Positions 8,121 to 17,573 of a DNA stretch of 53,859 bases are shown here, one piece after another. The notes beneath the pieces were generated by a model. It saw nothing but the letters and a program-made list of their open reading frames with translations. It had not been told where the DNA came from and did no database searches. Source of the stretch: a virus (taxonomy: Duplodnaviria > Caudoviricetes); the IMG/VR virus record IMGVR_UViG_3300020388_000023, positions 1-53,859 of that record; one strand, 5' to 3'. Within the stretch, counting starts at the first letter, position 1, and each line of letters starts with the position of its first letter. A program made the translations under genes and the position numbers.

Positions 8121-9144
8121 GTGTTGATTGGGCGTAACTATTTAATTTTACAAAATGTTGTGTTAACCATGCATCAGGAATTTGCAAAGCATTTCCCATA
8201 CAATCGTTATTATACATTATAATAAAATCATTTCGGGAGAGCAAATCTATTGGACGACTTATCATTTCACGAATTTGTCGTTTTAATTCTCCTGAAATTG
8301 GTGGATTTTTCAAATCCATTATCTTTTCATTTATTTCTAATTGATGCTCCGACGCCACAATTCTGTCATGCATAGGTTCTTCCCCTTCTAAAGCCTCTTG
8401 AACGATGGAATCTAAATCCAAGATTTTTTCGGTAATAATGTCAGGAACAATTTTGGGTAATTTTTTAGGACCTAATCCTTTAATTCCCTCAATATTGTCT
8501 GACTTATCTCCCATTAGAACTTTATACATTAAGAAATTGTGAGCCGGTACACCATAATCCTTCATTACTAAATCGGGTGTGTAGAATTTTTTCTTAATAG
8601 GACTCCATACTGTAACACGTTCATTTACTAATTGAAGAAAATCTTGGTCTGCTGACATGATTGTTACCTCTTTTTCTAGTAAATTATTTGTAATGTACGC
8701 TATGGTGTCATCAGCTTCAATATTATCTATTTGAATGACATTAATAGGAAGAACCTTTAAATATTGGATTAGACGTTCTATTTGGCTTTTTTGTGAAGCA
8801 TGTTCTTCTTCATAATTTTTCCAAGCATCCCACCTTGTCATACGTTTACCAGGTTTTCTGTTGTTCTTATAACTTGGTAGGATTTTTCTACGTCTGGTGC
8901 TTCCACCTTTTCCATCAAATGCAATTACAACCCTAGTAGGGTTAACTTCCCTTATGGAAAGTGCTAGAGATTTTAAAAATCCCATTACACCCCCTATAGG
9001 AATTCCATTGTCATTTAACATTCCATTTACAGAAAAGTTCCTAAGAAAAAGGTTTAATCCATCGATTATTAATACTCTTGAATTAGGGTCTGTAGTGTCT
9101 ACTTCCTTAACATCATTTAAAATGTCAAATATTGATTCTGCCAT
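8113..9144 (-). CDS. 5'-3' exonuclease / flap endonuclease (T4 RNase H-like)
   Basis: IIDGLN, AFDG, YKNNR, EADD, SADQDF, GDKSDNIEGIKGLGPK (helix-3-turn-helix). Confidence 0.93.
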   Translation of the reverse strand: MAESIFDILNDVKEVDTTDPNSRVLIIDGLNLFLRNFSVNGMLNDNGIPIGGVMGFLKSLALSIREVNPTRVVIAFDGKGGSTRRRKILPSYKNNRKPGKRMTRWDAWKNYEEEHASQKSQIERLIQYLKVLPINVIQIDNIEADDTIAYITNNLLEKEVTIMSADQDFLQLVNERVTVWSPIKKKFYTPDLVMKDYGVPAHNFLMYKVLMGDKSDNIEGIKGLGPKKLPKIVPDIITEKILDLDSIVQEALEGEEPMHDRIVASEHQLEINEKIMDLKNPPISGELKRQIREMISRPIDLLSRNDFIIMYNNDCMGNALQIPDAWLTQHFVKLNSYAQSTHE

Positions 9145-10283
9145 TATATTCCAGTTTCGTCGATTTGTACGTCAGGATCCATTACTTGTTCATCTTCATG
9201 TTGATATTTCATAACATATGAATCGCAAGTGTCTTTATACATTTGTTCTTTTACTTCTGGTCTTTCCTCACACAATTGTTGTAATTCTTTACCATAAAAT
9301 GTAATAATTTCTCCTGTTGATGTGTCTGTGTATTTACAGATAGGTCCTGACTGTTTAACTACTTTGTAGTTTTTCATCAATTTTAACCATCCACCATAAT
9401 CGTCAATACCTTGTCTGTAAAATACATTGTATCGAATTTTACGGTTTGGGGGTCCCATTCTGTTTTTTACAACAATAGCTTCAACCTCAGAACCAACAAT
9501 TTCTTCAACACCGTTGATTTTTTCCTTTAATTTACCTACTTGTTTAAGACGTAATCTTACTGAAGCATGGAATTGTAAGGCTTTACCACCTGATGTTGTG
9601 TATTGATCTGCAAATGGCATTGCGCCCATCTTTTGTCTTAGTTGGTTTGTAAATACTAATAGTATTTTTTCTTTACCAATTAAATTAGTGATTTTACGCA
9701 TTGCTTTTGACAAGATGATTGCCTTATGTGTGGCATAACCATCTTTTTCAAAATCAGCTGCTGATTCAATTTTAGTTGTTGCTGCTGCAACTGAATCTAC
9801 TACAATTGTGACTAATTTGTCTGGGTTGTTTTCTCTAACTTGTGAAATTACATTTTCAATTGCATCAAAAATGTCTTCTACTGTTTCAAGAGGTAAATAA
9901 ACCATTTTTTCAACGTCAACTCCAATTGCTTGCAGGAATTGTGCATTTAAAGAAGATTCAGTGTCAATGTAAATTGCAATACCACCCTTCTTTTGGGTGT
10001 TTGCTATAATATGAGATGCTAACAGGGACTTACCACTCTGTTCTAATCCAGTTATCTCTACAATTTTTGAAACTGGAAAACCACCATTAGGGCGATTAGA
10101 AATAGCCAAATCTAATACTGTGGATCCTGTGGACACCCAATCGTCTACATCTGTTGGTGAGTCTTCACTACCATCTAGAAAGTAAGCGACTTTGTGGTGG
10201 GTCTTGCTAAACTTTTTATTAAGAGATTCTGCAAGAAGCCCTGTTAATTCATCTCGATTTGAGTCTGTTTTTTTCTTAGCCAT
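9144..10283 (-). CDS. RecA/UvsX-like recombinase
   Basis: STGS..LD, EITGLEQSGKS, YIDTE, VVDSVAA, FTNQLR, SGGKALQFHASVRL, KNR. Confidence 0.95.
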   Translation of the reverse strand: MAKKKTDSNRDELTGLLAESLNKKFSKTHHKVAYFLDGSEDSPTDVDDWVSTGSTVLDLAISNRPNGGFPVSKIVEITGLEQSGKSLLASHIIANTQKKGGIAIYIDTESSLNAQFLQAIGVDVEKMVYLPLETVEDIFDAIENVISQVRENNPDKLVTIVVDSVAAATTKIESAADFEKDGYATHKAIILSKAMRKITNLIGKEKILLVFTNQLRQKMGAMPFADQYTTSGGKALQFHASVRLRLKQVGKLKEKINGVEEIVGSEVEAIVVKNRMGPPNRKIRYNVFYRQGIDDYGGWLKLMKNYKVVKQSGPICKYTDTSTGEIITFYGKELQQLCEERPEVKEQMYKDTCDSYVMKYQHEDEQVMDPDVQIDETGI

Positions 10284-11035
10284 TAATCAAAAAGATTATC
10301 TAATTTTTTATTGATGTCTACTTTACCTTGTGGTTGAACTTTTTCAGTTTCTTTACCTCCGTCTTCATCTGAAGGCTTTAACCATCCTTGTAAAATGTCT
10401 TTCATTTCGTCAAATTCATATCTTTTATATAAACCAACAATGTCTTTTTGGTTTTCTAAAAGTGATTCAACTGTAGTAGCTTCTGCTTCTAATGGCGTTT
10501 GGTTAGGCTTAACACGAACTGTTGTTGTGTTGAACATTTTACCAGTTTCTTTAGCAGGAATTACTTCAACAGTAATGTCACGACCACTTGCAACATCTGT
10601 AATGTCACCATAATCTTCATCAGCCATTACACCAAGTAATTCTTGATATACCATTTTACCGAATTCCCAAAAACGTACACCTTTATCTTCTTCACCACGT
10701 ACATAAACTGGGGCAAATACACGAAGTTTAGGGAATAATTTCTTAGCTAATTCCATGTTGGTTTGATCACCTGACTTACGTAATTTTGTAGCAAATTCCA
10801 AAATTGGATCTGTTGTGTCGAAATTAGACAATGCTAACATACGAGGTTTACCAATTCCAAAGTAGAAATATAATTCACTAAATGGGAAGTCTTTGTTGTG
10901 CTTGTAAGGTACAATGCGCACTTGTGATTTTGTACCTTCTTTCGGCTTCCAGAAATTTAAAGAGTAATCTGTTTTCTTACCACCACCTTTGTTGTTTAGA
11001 CTTGCTAAACGATTTTTGATTTCATCTAAATTCAT
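10283..11035 (-). CDS. Single-stranded DNA-binding protein (T4 gp32-like)
   Basis: FWKPK...VRIVP, GVRFWEFGK, YGDITD...GRD, acidic C-terminus ending LFD; directly upstream of the recombinase. Confidence 0.8.
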   Translation of the reverse strand: MNLDEIKNRLASLNNKGGGKKTDYSLNFWKPKEGTKSQVRIVPYKHNKDFPFSELYFYFGIGKPRMLALSNFDTTDPILEFATKLRKSGDQTNMELAKKLFPKLRVFAPVYVRGEEDKGVRFWEFGKMVYQELLGVMADEDYGDITDVASGRDITVEVIPAKETGKMFNTTTVRVKPNQTPLEAEATTVESLLENQKDIVGLYKRYEFDEMKDILQGWLKPSDEDGGKETEKVQPQGKVDINKKLDNLFD

Positions 11036-11081
11036 AATTTGAATCTTTATTATTAAAAAGGGTTAATTGTTTTTACTTTAG

Positions 11082-11113
11082 TAAATATACAAAAGTTATT
11101 TGGCTAAACCAAG
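11082..11113 (-). promoter_or_regulatory. Bacteroidota primary-sigma-like promoter upstream of the SSB gene
   Basis: Minus strand CTTGG-N19-TATATTTA, the same spacing as the queD promoter. Confidence 0.55.
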
Positions 11114-11129
11114 TTTATTTTAGGGAATT

Positions 11130-11525
11130 TTAAGAAATGTTAATTATTTCTCTTACTTTAGTGTCGATGCGTTTATAACCGTCGGTTTGTATTAACAGAA
11201 TACAATTTCTATAATCATTCCAATTTACAGCATACGACTTGTCTAAATAACCATTATTCAAACTCTTTATCAATTCATTTAAAGCATTTATTGTGTAAAG
11301 AGTATTTGTTTGTTTTTTTCTGTGTACTAATATTGTGTTACTTACTAAAAATTCACTACTTGAATTACCCATATCAACGTTATATGTAAGCATAACTTTT
11401 TCCCCATCCAAGCTTTCTAGGACAAAAATTTTATTAAAAAGTATAGAATAAGAAGATTTAATTCTGTCAACTGTATTTTCAATATTTTCTTCGGGAACGA
11501 ATGTGCAATATAAGCGATTATTCAT
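11130..11525 (-). CDS. Hypothetical protein
   Basis: 131-aa ORF (HRKKQTNTLYTINALN) preceded by an ATATTTAT motif at 11549-11556. Confidence 0.75.
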   Translation of the reverse strand: MNNRLYCTFVPEENIENTVDRIKSSYSILFNKIFVLESLDGEKVMLTYNVDMGNSSSEFLVSNTILVHRKKQTNTLYTINALNELIKSLNNGYLDKSYAVNWNDYRNCILLIQTDGYKRIDTKVREIINIS

Positions 11526-11564
11526 AAAAAACCATATATTAGTCCCACATAAATATAGAATAAT

Positions 11565-12854
11565 TTACAAAGCCTCCAACACATCATAATTTTTACCTAC
11601 TTTAATTTTGATTGGGTGTTTTTTAGACACTATTTCCTTAATTTTTACAAGTGTTTCTTTACCATCTTCCTTACTAAAATCAAATAAAAACGAATCATAC
11701 ACATATAATATTAAGGTAGATTTTTTGTCTTTTAAAAACTCATCTAATTCCTTAATTACCTGCATATTTGTTTCTGTTTCATATGATTGTATTAAATAAT
11801 TAAACAATTGTTGGCGGGTTAGTTTTTCATGGTTTTTCTTCCAAATTCGTTTACCTAACGTAGTTTCAACATAACCAATACGATTAAACATTTCCCAATT
11901 TAAGTCTATATATTCTTGTGCTTTACTAAAATACGGATGGTGTAGGTTTTCTTTTCTAATTCCCCCATACATCTGCTTGAATGTATGTTCTTTAGGATTG
12001 ATGTCAGGGTCGTTATAAACTTCGCTTAATTCTTCATAAACGTCGTCTTTAGTAAAAGAAAAGCCCACCATGTCCGCAATCAGTCGTGGATGATAACCAC
12101 TATAGTCTATTTCTATTAGGAGGTCATTTTTAGGTTCAAATGACTTTCGCTCTCCCGTTTTGTGTTTTAAACCCATAAAACTTAATCCGTTAAAATTATT
12201 TACAGGCCTTCCGGTTGTTGTGTATGGATTATACCATCCGTATATATTATTGTCTTTAGTTGAATGTTTGTCGCATGTTAATTTAAAGTATGTTTCAAAA
12301 TGATCGTTAATCTTGATTGAATTTTTTTCTATGTGGTATAAACTTGGTAATATTATGTCGTTGTATAATGGATCTACATTCTCGCTAAGTAGTGGAAGTA
12401 ACGCATTTTTTCTTAACTCACACCGCTCGAAGTGTTTACCAATAGGAATCATTTTATTTACCTTTATTTGTGGGAATTTACGGTAATAATGATTGTGTGC
12501 TTGTGTGTTAAACTTATCGTCGAATGGTAGGTTGGTTTGTTTGTAATGTAAGTGTTGTATATCCGTATGAGGGTTCGTGGGGTTGATATGTCGAGCTGCT
12601 TTTGAATCTTTTGTCAAAAATGACTTATTATTTACCCACTGCCAAACTTCATCTTTATCTAAATTAATACACTCTGGATGATTTAAGGCTAACATAAAGC
12701 CTTTACGATCTAATGAAGAAACGTATATAGCAATAACTTCTGCAAGGGCAGGGTGAGTATTGTCATTTCCTAAGACATAGTCAATATAACACTTGTCTGT
12801 AAGAATATCGCACATTTCTGTGAATTGGTCCGGTGTTTCGATAAGATAGAACAT
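11565..12854 (-). CDS. Family A DNA-polymerase-like protein, small, with the thumb deleted
   Basis: TTTGRP, motif A IEIDYSGYHPRL, motif B K...F...YG, GYVETTLGKR, NYLIQS, motif C LYVYDSFLF. Confidence 0.8.
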   Translation of the reverse strand: MFYLIETPDQFTEMCDILTDKCYIDYVLGNDNTHPALAEVIAIYVSSLDRKGFMLALNHPECINLDKDEVWQWVNNKSFLTKDSKAARHINPTNPHTDIQHLHYKQTNLPFDDKFNTQAHNHYYRKFPQIKVNKMIPIGKHFERCELRKNALLPLLSENVDPLYNDIILPSLYHIEKNSIKINDHFETYFKLTCDKHSTKDNNIYGWYNPYTTTGRPVNNFNGLSFMGLKHKTGERKSFEPKNDLLIEIDYSGYHPRLIADMVGFSFTKDDVYEELSEVYNDPDINPKEHTFKQMYGGIRKENLHHPYFSKAQEYIDLNWEMFNRIGYVETTLGKRIWKKNHEKLTRQQLFNYLIQSYETETNMQVIKELDEFLKDKKSTLILYVYDSFLFDFSKEDGKETLVKIKEIVSKKHPIKIKVGKNYDVLEAL

Positions 12855-12880
12855 ACCTTATCAATGTACAAAAATTATTT

Positions 12881-13729
12881 TTAATAACCACCTCCTCCAC
12901 CAGAAGATTTATTTGTTGTTGGGGCTTCTGTCATATTTTGTGCCGTATCTTTCATTTGTTGTATTTGGATTTCAAAAAGATTTTGATTCATGAAATCTTT
13001 AATTGGTTGGGATTGATCTTGTAAATCTTGGCTATAATACAATGTAGCATGAGGTTTTTCTATATGTTCGGCTCCTACCATAGGTACACCTTCATGTACA
13101 TGGTATGGGCCTATATATTCTCTTCCATCTTCATAATATAATTCACCTCCAGGGGTTGTTAAAATACTATCTATTCTTTCAAATTCGTCTAATTTAGGAA
13201 AGATTATAGACACAAAAGGGAATGTTCTTTCTAATATCTGGAGGTTTATAGAGTTAGATGTGGTTGTTCCATTTTTTAAATTCCAGGTAAATGATCCTAC
13301 TTCATATAAGTTAAAGTCGTATGTTTTTTTCCGTTGATTAATAGCATTAAATGTGTCTTGATCTATTTCCATATAACCTCTAGGTTCATTTACTTTTCTA
13401 GTAAAATATCTTGTGTAGTAGCTTCTATTGTAGTCTTCTTCTGTGGGGATTGACTTTGAGGGGTATATTGATTTTACTTGAGTTTGGAATTTTGTAGTTT
13501 GTGGCTTTAAATTACTGTATAATCTAGAGTCTCTATTATTACCTAATCTGTTAGTAGAGGGGGGTATTATTAATTCTTCATTTAATTGTTTAGGATCACT
13601 TCCTACATAAAATTTTCCATTACTTAATTCAATGTAATCACCTACATAACCTTGATTAGTAGATTTTATTATAAATTCCCCACCAGGTGTGTTTAGTTTA
13701 TTTATTTTTGATTTAGGTATGTATGTCAT
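12881..13729 (-). CDS. Hypothetical protein, probably baseplate-associated, with an internal repeat
   Basis: Last gene of the baseplate block; two TPGGE(F/L)...Y(V/I)GxY repeats. Confidence 0.55.
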   Translation of the reverse strand: MTYIPKSKINKLNTPGGEFIIKSTNQGYVGDYIELSNGKFYVGSDPKQLNEELIIPPSTNRLGNNRDSRLYSNLKPQTTKFQTQVKSIYPSKSIPTEEDYNRSYYTRYFTRKVNEPRGYMEIDQDTFNAINQRKKTYDFNLYEVGSFTWNLKNGTTTSNSINLQILERTFPFVSIIFPKLDEFERIDSILTTPGGELYYEDGREYIGPYHVHEGVPMVGAEHIEKPHATLYYSQDLQDQSQPIKDFMNQNLFEIQIQQMKDTAQNMTEAPTTNKSSGGGGGY

Positions 13730-13743
13730 ATTTTTAGTTTTTG

Positions 13744-16700
13744 TTAGAAGCTTCTAAGAACATCTTCTCTCATCCATCCTATTTTTATATCATTTACCCC
13801 ACCTTGAATAGTTTCATTATTAATAGTATACTGAGTATTTTTATTTGGGTCTTTTACATCATTCCAATCATCATTATTACTAGATTGTTCTTTAAAGTTA
13901 ATGTTATCTTCAAACTTTATTAAAAACCATAACCATCGTATAGGTTTTTTATAAGACCATAATATCCCTTCAGGGATCCAATAATAATCACCTTTTTCAA
14001 AATCTTTTATAGTATAAAACTTTTTACCAAAATTATTAGAAGCATTACGATTTGTTATATTAGGGTCATAATAGGTGGGAGTGTCTTTATTTATAACTAC
14101 TTGTACAGGATATTTTGAGTCTTTGTATACTACTTCAAAATTTTTACCCTCATAATCAGTTTCGGTTTTCCATTGTAATACACTCTTATCATCATCCGTT
14201 AATTGTTGATCTCCTAAACCTGATTTTATTTTAATGTTACTTTCTACAGGGGGTGCTTGTTTTTTATTTAAAACTATCCCTAACTTAGTACCTATAGGGT
14301 TATTAGTAACTGCTCTTATTATATTATCATTAAATTCTGTTTCATAGTTTAAGATAGGTTCAGTTCTTACATTAGTGGGTGAATTAACTTTTAAGAATAT
14401 TGAATTTCCTTCAGATAAAGAAGTAATGTTGGGATCTGCTGCTATTTGGGAAGAATTTGTGTTTTTATCAGTAAATTCATAGTAGGAAACATCTTTTGTT
14501 ATACCTGCTGTGTTAGCTTTAATACCGAGTTTTAAATCATCCCATTCTTCCTTTTTAGGTAAATCTAATAACATCATTTGTCCTGAAAAATCAGTTGTCC
14601 AATCTTGCCCTGCTGTGATTTTTTGACCTTCGGTCATTACAACAAATGCTATGTCGTCTTCTTGATATCCTTTAGGAAGAAACTTGTTGTCTATTTTAAA
14701 TACATTTCCTATTACTAAACCACTTATACCATCTATTTGAGCATTAAATTTTAAAGGTATTACAGTAGATTTACTAATATTAGAGGGTGATTTTTTTCTA
14801 AACCCTTTATATATTTTATCGTCTTTTTTACTTTCACTATATCTTAATTTTAATGAAATAATAGATGATTCTATATTTTGTATGTATCTTTTAGCAGTGG
14901 ATATTGCTAAGTTTTCAGTACTTCTACCATTATTTAAGGTTCCTGGATTATATTCCCCCCTTAACATTTCTTTTCTATGATTGTACAAAAAGGATAACAT
15001 TACTTGTAATTTTTTTAAGTCTGTATCGTATTGGTTACCTTTTTTATTTATATTTGCTCCATTTTCTTCTTCTTCTTCTTTAAAAAATCTATATTTTATA
15101 TTTCTATTAAATGCTGCAAATGATACTGCATCTAAATCACCTATTGAATTAGGTGATTGAGCAGCAATTGCAACTGTAGAACTTAATTTACTGTCTATTG
15201 TAGTGTTATAATTAAAATCTCTTACTATTGATTCTTTGCCGTGAGTTTTAAATTTATATAAATCTTCTGGTTGTAGACTTGTATTTAATTGTATGTCTAT
15301 TATTCTTAGAATATTTCCCCTAGTTTTTTCTGTGTGTATAATAAAATTATGAGTACCTACACATGCATTATTTATATCTTTTTCCCATATAGTTTGTAAG
15401 AATGTAAATAAATTAAAATCTTCATTTATTTCATCTCCTTTATATCTTGTCTTTTTATATAATTCTACTAAATAATCTAGACCAATAAAAATATCACTTA
15501 TATTTCTCCCGTTGTCTACTTCTACTATTCGTTGTGCATTTTTAGCATTAGTTCTATCTTGTTCATATTTAGAGTTTCTATTTAAATTACCACTAAATTT
15601 ATCTAATTGATGAGGAAGTAAACATATAAAGGGGTCTACACTCATATCCATTAAGTCAGATATATTTACTTTTATAAATTCTGAGTATCCTTGTGTAGTA
15701 AACCTACCATAACTATCTAAGTATGAGTCTATTGGAATTTCAATATTGGCATCATTTTTAAAGGTATATTTAGAATATTGTAAAGGCAATTTAGGTCCTA
15801 TATTAGGTGCTTCATCTAACCATGTAATTTCAGTAAGAGGAGATATTTTTGCTCCTTCTTGGTATGTATTAAATACTAATTTATTTAAAAATATAGATAA
15901 AAGTTCCCATTTTATATAATATTCAGATGATTTAACACCTGTTCTGTCAACTTCTTCATCTCCTTTTAATCCGAGAGCTTCACCTTTATATATAATGTAG
16001 GGATCTAATATTTCTTTAAGATATACAACACCTCTTTTTGTTTTATCATTTAATTTATTACCATCTTTTAAATTTTCTTGTTCTTCTAAAAAATCTATAT
16101 CTTCAGAAAATTGTTTTTTTCCTAATTCTGGAACTATTTTATCATTTACTAATTGAATAAATTTTGCAAGATTTGGGGTAAATAAAGAATTATTTTCTAT
16201 ATTAAGAAAATCATATTTTACATTACTTTGAAAATTTTCTTTATATTCAATTACATCTATAATTTCTGCCCATTCTCTTAGCATTTTTAATATGAATTCA
16301 AGATTATCTACTTCAACATTAGTATTACCTACACCTTCAAGAGTAAAACCACTACTTTTACCTTTTAAACCTTCTAATGTTTCACCCATTGCAGCTAATT
16401 CAGTAGTACAATCATACCCCCCATCTGGTCTAGAAGTAATTTCAAAATTTTTAACATACCCAACAAAACCATCATAATTACCCCCTGCTGCTTTAATTCT
16501 TGTGTGGATAATTTTATTTATATCATTTATAGAAGAATTTTGATCAAACCATTCCCATAAGTAGGGAAAATAACTTTCTCTTTTACCTAAATTACTTATG
16601 TAAGGATCCCAGCCCCATTCTAAAAGAATAGGCATACCTGGTCTCATGTAAAGAGCATCTAAAACATCAAGTTGTCGTCTATTGTGGCATACAAAATTAA

Positions 16701-17268
16701 TTTTTGCATCTCTTAAAGAACCATAGGCGGTTTTTGTTCTAATTTCAGCATCTATGATTCCAGGCATTGGTACTATACCAAAACCGTCTGATGCATCTGA
16801 ACGAATGTAAGGATCACCATAGGCTGAACCATATTGGTTAGATTTACTTCCTCCTTTAGTAAATTGTCTTGTTCCTCTACCTCTAGGGATAATTTTAATA
16901 GGGTTTTCAGGAGTACCTTTATCGTTTCCTCTATTATTTATAAAATCTACATCTTTAGCAGGAATACCTCCTTCAAGCATATAACGGATAGCTAATCCTT
17001 CTCCTTTTAAATTTCCTCCTTCTTTTTCATTAGCATCTAATAAAGTATTATCTTCTTTTAAATCTACACCTGAAGACATTCTAATAACACATTGTCTTGA
17101 AGTTGTATTTGTATAAAAAGCACCAGCATCAAGAGTGGGGGCCTCACCTATAAAATCTTTGACTTTAGGTCTACCTAATAGACGACCTGAATTTTGATTT
17201 AGGGCTGCTTCTCTTATTTTTAATTGATTAAAAACAAAATCTCGAAAGGTTTCTTTAAATATAGACAT
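13744..17268 (-). CDS. Putative baseplate hub protein with a C-terminal SH3b-like domain
   Basis: 1174 aa, follows the LysM-like and tube-initiator genes; ILLEWGW, DGISGLVIGNVFKI..WTT hub-like segments; NVRTEP...W...GW at the C-terminus. Confidence 0.5.
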   Translation of the reverse strand: MSIFKETFRDFVFNQLKIREAALNQNSGRLLGRPKVKDFIGEAPTLDAGAFYTNTTSRQCVIRMSSGVDLKEDNTLLDANEKEGGNLKGEGLAIRYMLEGGIPAKDVDFINNRGNDKGTPENPIKIIPRGRGTRQFTKGGSKSNQYGSAYGDPYIRSDASDGFGIVPMPGIIDAEIRTKTAYGSLRDAKINFVCHNRRQLDVLDALYMRPGMPILLEWGWDPYISNLGKRESYFPYLWEWFDQNSSINDINKIIHTRIKAAGGNYDGFVGYVKNFEITSRPDGGYDCTTELAAMGETLEGLKGKSSGFTLEGVGNTNVEVDNLEFILKMLREWAEIIDVIEYKENFQSNVKYDFLNIENNSLFTPNLAKFIQLVNDKIVPELGKKQFSEDIDFLEEQENLKDGNKLNDKTKRGVVYLKEILDPYIIYKGEALGLKGDEEVDRTGVKSSEYYIKWELLSIFLNKLVFNTYQEGAKISPLTEITWLDEAPNIGPKLPLQYSKYTFKNDANIEIPIDSYLDSYGRFTTQGYSEFIKVNISDLMDMSVDPFICLLPHQLDKFSGNLNRNSKYEQDRTNAKNAQRIVEVDNGRNISDIFIGLDYLVELYKKTRYKGDEINEDFNLFTFLQTIWEKDINNACVGTHNFIIHTEKTRGNILRIIDIQLNTSLQPEDLYKFKTHGKESIVRDFNYNTTIDSKLSSTVAIAAQSPNSIGDLDAVSFAAFNRNIKYRFFKEEEEENGANINKKGNQYDTDLKKLQVMLSFLYNHRKEMLRGEYNPGTLNNGRSTENLAISTAKRYIQNIESSIISLKLRYSESKKDDKIYKGFRKKSPSNISKSTVIPLKFNAQIDGISGLVIGNVFKIDNKFLPKGYQEDDIAFVVMTEGQKITAGQDWTTDFSGQMMLLDLPKKEEWDDLKLGIKANTAGITKDVSYYEFTDKNTNSSQIAADPNITSLSEGNSIFLKVNSPTNVRTEPILNYETEFNDNIIRAVTNNPIGTKLGIVLNKKQAPPVESNIKIKSGLGDQQLTDDDKSVLQWKTETDYEGKNFEVVYKDSKYPVQVVINKDTPTYYDPNITNRNASNNFGKKFYTIKDFEKGDYYWIPEGILWSYKKPIRWLWFLIKFEDNINFKEQSSNNDDWNDVKDPNKNTQYTINNETIQGGVNDIKIGWMREDVLRSF

Positions 17269-17270
17269 AA

Positions 17271-17573
17271 CTATTTATTTAATGCTTCGAATGCTTCTAT
17301 TACACCTTGAATGTTGTTAGGGATTCTTATTTCCATACCTGGATTTAAATTAAAACTGTCTCTTCTTATAACATCTGGGTTAGCTGTAGTAATGATCCAC
17401 CATAAATCCACATTTCCCAAAAATTGATTTGCCAATGTGTCTAATCTATCACCTACGGTTGTAGTAACATATAAATCATTTATAGATAGGGGAATTTCAG
17501 GATATTTAAGATTTCGATAATAATTTTTATTATCGGTTCTTTTTTTTGCTATGTAATTTAGTCTACTAGGCAT
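17271..17573 (-). CDS. LysM-like baseplate wedge protein (T4 gp53 / P2 gpX-like)
   Basis: GDRLDTLANQFLGNVDLWWII..AN...PGMEIRIP. Confidence 0.8.
   Translation of the reverse strand: MPSRLNYIAKKRTDNKNYYRNLKYPEIPLSINDLYVTTTVGDRLDTLANQFLGNVDLWWIITTANPDVIRRDSFNLNPGMEIRIPNNIQGVIEAFEALNK

Noticed and set aside
3931-12854. Inteins, introns or homing endonucleases in nrdA, nrdB, helicase, recA or the PolA-like gene
   Set aside because: The proteins are normal or short in length with contiguous motifs; no splice-junction, LAGLIDADG or HNH signatures
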